From the human T2T-CHM13v2.0 reference genome, Homo sapiens: a stretch of 64,000 bases of DNA. The stretch's first letter is position 1, and each line of letters opens with the position of its first letter. Both the position numbers and the translations under genes were made by a program. The stretch lies in the NCBI RefSeq assembly GCF_009914755.1, contig NC_060929.1. One strand, given 5' to 3'. The notes below the pieces were generated by a model that saw only the letters and a program-made list of their open reading frames with translations, searched no databases and was not told the DNA's origin. Positions 39,373 through 64,000 of the stretch are shown piece by piece.

Positions 39373-41960
39373 CCCTTCCTACCGCTCCAGCCACACTGCA
39401 GTCTCCGTCGCTGCCACCAACCGCAGCGAGGCGAGCTGTGGTGCCGCAGCCACAGCCTCCAGCATGCAGCGGTGGCTAGCCCTTGTCCTGGTCCTCTAAG
39501 CCGGGAACGGAGCAGCCCCGCGCGCAGACACGCATGAGCCTAGAACGGCCTGACACCCCTTCAGCACCATTTATATACTGAGGTTATGCATATGAGGTTC
39601 CTGGACTACATGTTCCAGGATTGGGTAAGAGAAAACGCAGAGGCCTACTCTGATTGGACTTTGTTAGCATGTTCTGATTGGATGAGAGCAAGTCTTAGGA
39701 CAACCAGTCAGCGTATGAAATAAAGTCCAATCAGAGAAGGCCTAGAGGTTTTCTCTCATCCAATCAGAACATGTAGTTCAGAATCCTTGTGCATAACCCC
39801 ATGTGCATGCTGAGGAGGCCTCACGCCATCCTAGGCTTTCCTAAATCGGCCGGTGGAGCTACTCTGTTCCTAGCTTAGCAGATCAAGAGAAGGGGGAGCT
39901 GGATGCTGGAGCCTGCAACACTGTGGCTCGCCTCGCTACAGTTGGCGGTGGTGACAGAGACAGCAGGCAGCACGGCCAGAGCGGTAGAAGGGAGGATGGC
40001 AGTGGGAGCTGCTCTTGACTGGCTAGCGGTCTAGAAGAAGGGGGGCCCCCTGCTCCACGCTGGAGGCTGGAGCCTTGGCCACCGAGGCTCCTCTGGCTGC
40101 GGTTGGTGGTGGCGACCGAGACTGCAGGTCTGTTAGAGTGGTAGAAAGTTTGCCGGGTAGGTGCACTCTTTGCAGCTGCACTGCCCTCCTGCAGGGGGTT
40201 GGGGAGGCATATTTGGTAAGCTGTTGAGGCTGCAGTGCCTGCCGCAGGGGTAGGGAGGGGCTGGTGGGGGCGCTATCTGGCATTGCATTGCTGTGGGGGT
40301 GGGGGGCAGGTTGGCTGAGTTATCAGGGCCTACAGTGCCCAAGGTCGAGGGGTTGGAGGCAGGTTGTGTGCGCTATTGTGCACAGCCAGCGGCTCATGGG
40401 GGCAGGTTAGGGGTGTTATTTGCTGCACTGCCAGAGGCAGGGGGCAGGTTGGGTGTGCTATCCTGGGCTACAATGCCAGCAACAATGTGGGCCGGCAGTC
40501 GGGGGAGGTTTAGGGGAGCTGTCAAATGCTGCAGTGCTTGTGGGGGAAGGGGGAAAGGGGAAGGTGGGGTGGGGGGTTTGGTTGGGTGCACTATCCTGGG
40601 CATTCACTGCCCACGATGGGAGCAGGTTGGGGGCGCTATCCAGGGCTGTGCTGCCTGTGGCCCTGGTGGGGGGCTGGTTTGGGGCGCTGTCAGGTGCTGC
40701 AATGCCGGTAGCGGGACGGGCTGTGGACACCATCAAATGCTACACTGCTGGGGGCAGAGTGGTGGTTTGGGGGCACTATTGGGGTTACATTGCCTACTAC
40801 GGTAGTCTCTGGGTGTGTTGTGGGTGCAATCCGGGGGCTGCATTGCCGGCAGCGGGGGCCAGGTTAGGGGCGCTATCGGGGTCTGCACTGCTGCCACCAG
40901 AGGCAGGTTGTGGAGGTGGCCGGGACAACGGTTGCCTCCGAGGAAGGGGACCTTCTCCTTTTCTCAGACTCAGGGCTCTAGAGAGAGAACTCCTCCTGCT
41001 CGTGTGGGAGTGTGGCGGGCGCACAGAGTTTTCATGCCAATCCTCTAAGCATGGCAGGGCCCCCACACCCACTGTGGTTCCCCAGCCCTTGCCCTCTCGC
41101 TCCATGTTGTGGAGACCATCTGGGACCTCCAGGCATGGAGCAGGAGTAGTGGGCACCACGGGGGCTCAGGGCCTGTGGGTGGAGGAGTCAGGAATGGGAA
41201 CCAGTACTTGGGTGGGGAGTACTGGCTGAGTGTGAGTTTCTGCTGTTCCTGCTCCCCAGGGAGTGTTGGGCACTGTGGTGTCTCCAGTCCCCACCCCAGG
41301 TCAGGAGGCCAGCTTGGGCCAGGAGGAGAGGCTGGACTTTGGCAGGTGAGTGTGAATGCCTTTGCTGAAACTGGCCGCTGCCACCCAGTGGCCAGCATGA
41401 CAAGGCGAGGCTTTAACACTACCACTTTCTGCATCCCGTTGTAGGTTTTTCTGGCTTTTCCTCTCCAGCTGTTCCAAGCCAGGCTGGTGAAGTAGGAGTC
41501 ACCTGTGGTGAGCTGGAGGTTGGAGCCTGTAGATGGCGTGGCTCTGTGGCTCACTTCCTGTGGTTGTGGCAGCGACAGCGATGGAGACTGCAGCTCGACA
41601 GGAATGGTAGGAGGGTGCCCGTGGAGGCCAGGTGGAAGGAGCCCTGGAGGGTGGGTGGGTGCATGGAAGGTGACAGAAGCACTGGTTGTGTTGGCATCGG
41701 CGGTAATAGTGGTAACAGCAGCAAGTCTGGGGGCCGGGAAGGGGGAGTAGGAGAGCTTTGGGGCCTGGCCTGGCCTGGGGTGTGTAGGAAGCTGCTGGTT
41801 CTGTACTGCAGGCCTCAGTGACAGTGGTGGAGGTGCAGCCAGGGCAAGGAGGAGTCCTCCCCTTTCTTCTGCAGTTTCTGGAGGGTGTCCTCCTCCTGCT
41901 GGTGCCTGAGCCAGGAGTGAGTGGCAGCATTGTCTCATTCTTAACAGAATTTAGGGGGTG
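39372..41960. repeat. REP522-like repeat with palindromic core and G-rich subrepeats
   Basis: Imperfect palindrome 39372-39995 seen directly; ggactacatgttc / gattgg / ccaatcag motifs; family name from recollection of REP522. Confidence 0.65.
39580..39800. promoter_or_regulatory. Candidate bidirectional promoter core (symmetric CCAAT boxes)
   Basis: Three GATTGG (~39619, 39652, 39676) facing two CCAATC (~39727, 39760), flanked by inverted ACTACATGTTC motifs. Confidence 0.55.
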
Positions 41961-42198
41961 ACTAGTTGTGTGTCTTTTTGCTTGTGTTTGTTTTGATAAC
42001 TTATCCCTTAAGGAACAAAAGGCTTCTTTGGCTGGGTTTTGGTGTGGTGGGATCCCCTTCCCATGCAAGATAAAGGGTGCTTTCCTGGGAAGGTGTGTGT
42101 TGGAGGGAGTTCATCAAGGAGAAGAAAGGGAACCTCCCAGGAGGGTGGCTGCTGTGGCAGATCCCCTACCTCTGGGCAGCCTCTGGGCCACCTAGTTT

Positions 42199-42793
42199 CT
42201 CCTGTGGAAGAAGGGAGGCTTAGACCTGTGTCACCTGTATCATCAAAGAGGCATCCTGGCTGGGCCTCCTGTGGAAGAAGGGAGGCTTAGACCTGTGTCA
42301 CCTGTATCATCAAAGAGGCATCCTGGCTGGGCCTCCTGTGGAAGAAGGGAGGCTTAGACCTGTGTCACCTGTATCATCAAAGAGGCATCCTGGCTGGGCC
42401 TCCTGTGGAAGAAGGGAGGCTTAGACCTGTGTCACCTGTATCATCAAAGAGGCATCCTGGCTGGGCCTCCTGTGGAAGAAGGGAGGCTTAGACCTGTGTC
42501 ACCTGTATCATCAAAGAGGCATCCTGGCTGGGCCTCCTGTGGAAGAAGGGAGGCTTAGACCTGTGTCACCTGTATCATCAAAGAGGCATCCTGGCTGGGC
42601 CTCCTGTGGAAGAAGGGAGGCTTAGACCTGTGTCACCTGTATCATCAAAGAGGCATCCTGGCTGGGCCTCCTGTGGAAGAAGGGAGGCTTAGACCTGTGT
42701 CACCTGTATCATCAAAGAGGCATCCTGGCTGGGCCTCCTGTGGAAGAAGGGAGGCTTAGACCTGTGTCACCTGTATCATCAAAGAGGCATCCT
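42199..42793. repeat. Perfect 67-bp VNTR, ~8.9 copies
   Basis: ctcctgtggaagaagggaggcttagacctgtgtcacctgtatcatcaaagaggcatcctggctgggc starting at 42199, 42266 ... 42735 with no visible mismatch. Confidence 0.97.
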
Positions 42794-43937
42794 CCTGGGC
42801 CAGTCGATTTGGCCTTCCCACTTCTTCAGCCCACCTGCCCATGGTGTCACCTGGGGGAAGTGGATCCTCACACCACAGGGGCAGAGGCTTCTCCGGCAGG
42901 CTGGTTGCTGAAAGGGGTTCTGTCCTGCCTGCTGCTCAGGAGGGATTCTATGGCCAGGAACTGATGCCGGGACTCTCCTGTTCATGTCCTGCTGCCTCTG
43001 TGTTGTCTCTGGGTTCTCAGGGACTCTCAGATCTGTGAAGACAAAAAGGTTTCCTGGCTAGTTTGCGTGGTGTGGCTGGGGTCACTTTTGCTACATGCCC
43101 TTCAGGCACCCCAGTGCCTCTGGGGAAAAAGGGAATTTTAGATTTACTAGAGAAAGAATGTGTCTATGTTGGCTGCTTATTGTTAGCAAACTTCTGAACA
43201 GTTCTACTCTAAGATCATGGCAGAATGGTTGCCTCTTGTTGGATAGACTCCCGCTCCACTGGGGAAGAAACGAGCTTACCTGGACTGTGTTTCTTGCTGG
43301 CTTGAGGGTAGAAAACGCTAGGTTTTTGTCTGCTTTTTCAGTTGAGTTAGGGAAGTGACATGCAGTGCCACTTCAGTTCTGGAGTCCTTAGATTGCCTTC
43401 TTTGTAGCACCATCCAGCATTCTCCTTCAGTGAGATAATAAGGGAGGGTTCCTAATCTAACAGGAAAAGTGGAATGGTGTTCTTATATTGTACAACAAGA
43501 AATATGAACTAATTCTGAAAAATTTAGTCGTTCCTCTTTTAAATTTAGAAACCCCTTATTATATTTATAATATTTAAAACCATTAAAAATTAAGATGTCA
43601 TAATTAAGATAATCTTTTAACATTTTACATTAATTAGCATTTAGCAGATGACCATAACAAATTATTTTTATTATGTTACATTAATTGCCAATACAGATTT
43701 CTTTCTGGTTATTACAAATCTGTTTGCAAAATTTTATTTTGTCATTTATTAAATTTTTGGATAATTAGTTGCTACATTATAGGTATACAAACTTATAGTG
43801 TTAATCATGGCTACAAATACTTAAATTCAGTTTTAGTATCTTTTATTAATAGTCTAAAACTTATAAAATGCTTTGTGCATTAATATTGGTAACATTTTTT
43901 AGTATGAATTATCATTTCAAAAATGTTAAGAACATAG

Positions 43938-44429
<492 letters not shown>

Positions 44430-45113
44430 TAATAATTTTATAGTTTGCCTCAAACGAGGGCTGACATCTGGGCAAGGTCTGCTGGGGGCCTCCCACATGC
44501 AAGCAGTCTCTCTGCTGTGCCCTCCACCAGCTCTGAGGGCCCCCTGCCACAAGCACCGCTCTCTCCTTTCCCCTCTGGGGAAGGCCAGGAGAAGTGACTT
44601 TTGAGGTTACCTGAAGGACTTCTGTCTGTTTGGAAAAGGGTGTGAAGCTGAAGCCGATGGCCTCAGTGCCCAAAGGAGAACGCTTCTTACTGGCCTATGG
44701 AAGCCACTGGCCTGACAGTGGGGTCCTGGTCTTGGGGGTCTCAGCCACGTGGCCACCCATTCCTTCCTCACTTAGGCATCCACCTAGCGGGCTGCTCACA
44801 CCCCCTTCCATCCTGTTTGTGTTCAGCCAATCAGGCAAGCCAGGGTTATAGCCCTCCCTGCCCTGGGCCCTGGCTCCATGAAGCACCATGGGCCTTGGAA
44901 GACCTCCCCAAATCATCCCATCTCCCCAGTACCTTCTGCCAAGGCAGAAGTTTCCCCGGGCCCCTGCTCTGACTGTTTCCTTGGCACAGTTTGTAGCTGT
45001 GCCTGATACGGCACACCTACCTGGTTTCCGTCCCAAACCCACAGCCAGGCCATGTGACAGCTGCTGCCTGTGCCCAAACATTCATCCAGCCCCACCCAGG
45101 AGAGCCAGACAGG

Positions 45114-45615
45114 CACTCACACCCTCACCCGCACACCCTCACCCACACCCCCCCACCCACACCCTCCCCCACACACCCCCACCTACACCCTCCCCCACAC
45201 ACCCCCACCCTCACATCCCCACCCACACCCTCGCCCACACCCCCACCCACACCCTCACTCACACACCCCCATCCAAACCCTCCCCCACCCACACCCTCCC
45301 CCCCACACCCCCACCCACACCCTCACCCACACACCCCCACCCACACCCTCACCCACACACCCCCACCCACACCCTCACCCACACACCCCCACCCACACCC
45401 TCACCCACACACCCCCACCCACACACCCCCACCCACACCCTCACCCACACCCTCACCCACACCCTCACCCACACCCTCACCCACACACCCCCACCCACAC
45501 ACCCCCACCCACACCCTCACCCACACACCCCCACCCACACCCTCACCCACACACCCCCACCCTCACACCCCCACCCTCACACCCTCACTTGCCTGGCCCT
45601 GCCACACCCCACCCT
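45114..45615. repeat. C/A-rich minisatellite built from CACACCCTCACC and CACACACCCCCACC units
   Basis: Direct inspection; gives artefactual PTPS/THPH ORFs. Confidence 0.92.
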
Positions 45616-45979
45616 TCCTCTAAACCTACTGGGGCAGCAGCTTCCCCTACGTTCCGCCTGCTCCACCTCCTCCTAGAGTTGGGTCACACACAGTTTCCCA
45701 CACCCTTGGCAGGTTGGTCATGGCCCTGGCAGGTCTGAGGACAAGATGGTCACAGGACTGTGTGCAGCATAGAAAAGTCAGGGAGTGCAGCCTCCTACTC
45801 TGTGCCAGCTGCCAGCCCCTGGAGCTTACTAGGCTGATGGGGACAAAGAATGCACCAGAGGGGACAGTAGTCCACCACAGGACTGATGGGAGGTTCACAG
45901 ATGCACTGAGTGCCCTGTTGCATTGGTCCTCAGGGGTAGATGCTGAGATGGAGTTAGGAGAGCAAAGGGGAGGAAGGGA

Positions 45980-47897
<1,918 letters not shown>

Positions 47898-48014
47898 CAA
47901 TGGTTTGAGATGTTAAATCTGTTTCTGAGTATTTGTAGGGTTTTGAATGGGAATTTAAAAGAGTCGGGTCATGGAATATTGACAGTACATTTTAAACAGA
48001 TCCCCAGGAATAAT

Positions 48015-49975
48015 TACTTTTTAAATTTTATTTTTATTTCAACAGTTTTTGGGTACAGGTGGTTTTCAGTTACATGGATGTGTTCTGAGATTCTAGTGGG
48101 TCCGTCACCTGAGCAGTGTACACTGTACCTAATATGTAGTCTTTCATCCCTCATCCCCCTCCCATCCTTTCCTCTCTGAGTCCCCAGCGTCAATTATATC
48201 ATTCTTAGGCCTTTTTATCGGTGTAGCTTATCTCTAACTTTTAAGTGAGAACATATGATTTTTGGTTTTTCATTCCCGAATTACTTCACTTAGAATAATG
48301 GCCTCCAGCTCCCTCTAAGTTGCTGCAAAAGGCATTATTTTGTTCCTTTTTATGGCTGAGTGGTATTCCGTGGTGTATATATACCACGTTTTCTTTGTCT
48401 ACTCGTTGGTTGATGGGCACTTAAGTTGGTTCCACGTCTTTGCACTTGTGAATTGTGCAAACATGCATGTGCATGTGCCTTTTTCACAGGATGACTTCTG
48501 TTCCTTTGTGTAGATACCCAGTAGTGGGGCTGCTGGACTGAATGGGAGTTCTACTTTTATTTCTTTAAGGACTCTTCATACTGTTTTCCACAGTGGTTAT
48601 GCTCACTTACATTCCCCACTAGGAGAGTAAGAGTGTTTCCTTTTCACCACATTCCTACCAACATCTACCGTTTTTTGACTTTTTAATTATGGTCATTTTT
48701 GCAAGAGGAAGGTGGTGTCTCATTGTGATTTTGATTTGTATTTGTTTGATGATTAGTGATGCTGAACATTTTTTCATGTGTGTCTGCTTGTGTATCTTTT
48801 GAGAAGTGTCCATTTATATCTTTTGCCCACTTTTTAATAGGGTTATTTATATTTTGCATGTTGATTTAAGTTCCTTACAGATGCAGATATTAGACCTTTG
48901 TCAGATGCATAGTTGGGGAATATTTTCTCTCATTTCATAGGTTGTATATTTACTCTGTTAATAATGTCTTTCGCTGTGAAGAAGCTCTGTCATTCAATTA
49001 GGTCCCACTTGTCAACTTTTGTTGGTGTTGCAATTGATTTTGAGGACGACCTAGTCATAGATTGTTTCCCAAGGCCAATGTCCTGAATGGTATTTCCTAG
49101 GTTTTCTTTTAGAGTTCTTATGGTTTGAGGCCTTACACTTAAATCTCTGATCCAGTGGCAAGACCCACCATCTTCAAGGACTCATCTCACGTGTAACAAC
49201 ATCCACAGGCTCAAAGTAAAGGGATGGAGAAATATCTACCATGCAAAAGTCACCATTTTTTTTTTTTTTTTTTTTTTTTGGAGATGGGCTCTGTCACCGA
49301 GGCTGGAGTGCACTGGTGTGATTATGGCTCGCTGCACTCAACCTCCCAAGTGATCCTCCCACCTCAACCTCCTGAGTAGCTGGGACTACAGGCATGCACC
49401 ACCACACCTGGTTAATTTTTGTATTTTGTGGTAGAGATGGGGTTTTGCCACGTTGCCCAGGCTGATTTCCAACTCCTGTGCTCAAACAATCCACTTGCTT
49501 CAGCCTTCCAAAGTGCTAGGATTACAAGTCTGAGCCACCGCGTCCAGCCCAGGCATTGCTATTCTTAGATAAAACAAATGGTAAAGCAATAAAAATTAAG
49601 TAGGACAATGAAGGCCATTATATAATGATGAAGGGTACAATCCAACAAGACTTAACTATCTTAAATATATATTCACCCAACGTTGGAACAACCGATTCAT
49701 AACACAAGTTCTTCTTGGCCTGCAACATGACTTAGACAACCACACAGTTGAGGGAGACCTCAACTCCCCACTGACAGCGTTAGACAGATCATTAACACAG
49801 AAAATTAACAAGGAAACTGGACTTAAACTCAACACTTGACCAGTTAGACCTAATAGTTTTCTACAGAACACTCCACTCAACAACCACAGAATATACATTT
49901 TTCTCATCTGCACAGGTAAGACTCTCTAAGATCAATCGCATGCTCAGTCATGAAGCAAGCCTCAATAAATTTAAA
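48015..49975. mobile_element. L1 (L1PB-like) 3' end on minus (48015-49152) joined to a plus-strand ORF2 endonuclease segment (49153-49975); Alu at 49255-49550
   Basis: Left part is reverse L1 3' UTR/ORF2 end; right part reads ctcatctcacgtg...ggctcaaagtaaagggatggag in sense. Confidence 0.75.
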
Positions 49976-49983
49976 ACAAACCT

Positions 49984-52800
<2,817 letters not shown>

Positions 52801-53714
52801 TGCACCCAGCCAATTTTAACCTTTTAAAGAGCTGGTGAGAGCTGTGGCTCTTGCCTTTTAATTTTAAGTTCTGCTGATACAGACAAGACTTGACTCTTTT
52901 TAGAGGCAGGTCTTCAAAGGTTGCGTCGTCGTCCCCCAGCTCCCCGCCGCAGTACACTCTGCTTCGATTCTAAGTCGGGGAGGAGGAGGTTCACCCAGAT
53001 TGGATCACAGCTTTAATTTGCATTGCTTACAAAATGGATGTCCCCGCAAGCTGACAGAAGCTGTTGTGTGCATGTGTGCACGTGTGTGTGTGTGAATGTA
53101 CACAACAATTTAAACAGATAGTGGCAGACTATATTTAAAGCCTACAGACTGGCTGTTCATTAAGGAGAAGATGGGAGCAGACACTCACTGGGTTCCCAGG
53201 GGAAGCTGACTTTGATGTTGCCCAGGAGCTGGGCTGAGTCTGTGAGGAATAACCAGAGACAGGATTTACCAGGAGAGGCTGTTTTCTGGACGATGTTGAA
53301 ATATGTGATGCCATTGACTTTGAAACCCGCAGATCATTCTCTTTGTCTTAAGAAAAGTTCTTTCAACATCTTCAAAACAATCTGTCCAGTGGTGGGGGCT
53401 GGGGAGAGCGTTCGCAGCATGGCCACTGCGTGCAATCCCCGACCATCCCTGGAGGACCGATTCTCGCTCAGAACCCTTGTTCCTCCTCCTCCCGGCCCCT
53501 GTCCTGGTGTTGGTTCCTTTTCTGTGGTGTCCACACATTTCCTTTGCGTTCTGGTTCTGCGTGGGAAGAACCCTGCAGCTTGGGAGCTTTCCATCCATCT
53601 CTATTTTTTTTGGTTGGTGACTCTTGGCGGCTCTCTGTGGGGACATTGGTGCTCTCCAAGAAGGTACTTCTTGAATCAGTGACCGACTTCTTCCCCTATA
53701 GGTTAATGTCACCA

Positions 53715-55945
<2,231 letters not shown>

Positions 55946-56891
55946 ATCTCAGTCTTAGAAGTCTCTGTGAAACATGCTTATTTGGTAGGAAAGGATACAA
56001 GCAGGTCTGAAGACAGTCGAGAATTGCAGTGATGCTGGATGTCCCCAAGTAGACAGAGCAATTTCTTATTCTCCCAGCTGTAAATTAAATTTCATTAAAC
56101 CTCTAATTGCCGTATAAACTTAAACTGTCCCTTAGCCGCTTGTTCAAGTTAACTCAACGTAGCCTCTCTTAACTTTCTCCTGGCAAATTTACTTTTCCCA
56201 AATGAGGGTTCTGCTGGTGGGAAAGGCCCCTGAAAGGCCCAGCTGAATTTTATCAAACTCAGTTCAGTTATTTCATGTTGGTTAAGAACTTTCATCTCAA
56301 GTAATTTACCGGAGGAGAGGCTCTGCATTCTGCTGATATGTTTCTCAGTGTTTAGCTGTGGACCTGAGCTGGGGCACAGCCTTGTGCCTTCAGATGGTCC
56401 CAGTTGGGAGCAAATTGCTCTACCACCCGTAAGACCTCAGTGTGTCACGTTCCGCTTCATCCCACGGTTCCGATTCTGCAATCATCTTTTACACTTTTCT
56501 TATATGACATTTAACAGAAATTGTCTAATAATATAACAAATAAGGACCTGAACCTGTAATCATATTACAGGTTCAGCATATCATTATACCCATGCCAGTT
56601 AGTAACACTAATTGAAATCCAAATCTAATCTTCTTGAAGAAGACTAAAGCTATTAGGTTTGAGCAACACGTTTGTAATCGAGCCAGTTCTAACAAGTGGT
56701 CCACACTTACTCTATTCTCATTCACGTTATTATTGACATTATCTTAATACTTTCCATTTCTTGGTTTGGCAATACATCAGTCTGAGAAATATGACTTAGT
56801 GGTGCAAATAACACGGACTTATGCTGGTCTTAGTCACCTCCAGTGAAGAATCCTATGGGTGGCAACATTTCAATCTTCGCTGCCTGTTTGA

Positions 56892-63868
<6,977 letters not shown>

Positions 63869-64000
63869 TAAGGTTGTAAAGATTTTCTCCTTTGTTTTCT
63901 TCTAGAACCTTTACAGTTTCGCCCCTTACATGTGATCCATTTTGAGGTAATGTTCGTGTATGACATGAGGTAGGGATTGGAGTTTACTTTTTCCGCATGT

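Noticed and set aside
38079-39537. Long ORFs of 417 and 458 aa
   Set aside because: Low-complexity P/S/F/L translations of a G-poor tandem array that rarely forms stop codons; overlapping ORFs in all three frames
42199-42793. CRISPR-like regular repeat
   Set aside because: Head-to-tail identical units with no unique spacers, no cas genes, primate DNA
44888-45738. Pro/Thr/His-rich ORFs resembling extensin or mucin
   Set aside because: Translation of the C/A minisatellite in three frames

Overview
Primate (almost certainly human) non-coding, repeat-dense genomic DNA that looks like a segmental-duplication mosaic. No intact cellular protein-coding gene is visible. Main contents: (1) a full-length L1HS-Ta (Ta-1nd type) at 3726-9764 (+) with open ORF1, ORF2 and antisense ORF0, a 14-bp TSD and several unusual allele changes; (2) a CpG island with a disabled ANKRD20A-family exon 1 (-) and an expanded 19-bp CpG-rich VNTR just upstream; (3) an older, disrupted full-length L1PA4/5-like element (-) at 18278-24405; (4) a ~5.5-kb degenerate 18-bp CAGGCCCCAGGTGGACAC satellite arranged as inverted arms around a ~1-kb unique core; (5) a single orphan FAM83G exon with intronic flanks; (6) a pyrimidine-rich ~80-bp array leading into a REP522-like ~620-bp palindrome with bidirectional-promoter motifs; (7) a perfect 67-bp VNTR and a C/A-rich minisatellite; (8) about 30 Alus plus old L1, LTR and Tigger-type elements, including nested insertions. 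Nearly all long ORFs other than the L1 ORFs are repeat artefacts. I do not see a convincing new protein-coding system; the most interesting signals are structural and regulatory. Repeat subfamily names are from memory of consensus sequences and need RepeatMasker/Dfam confirmation.
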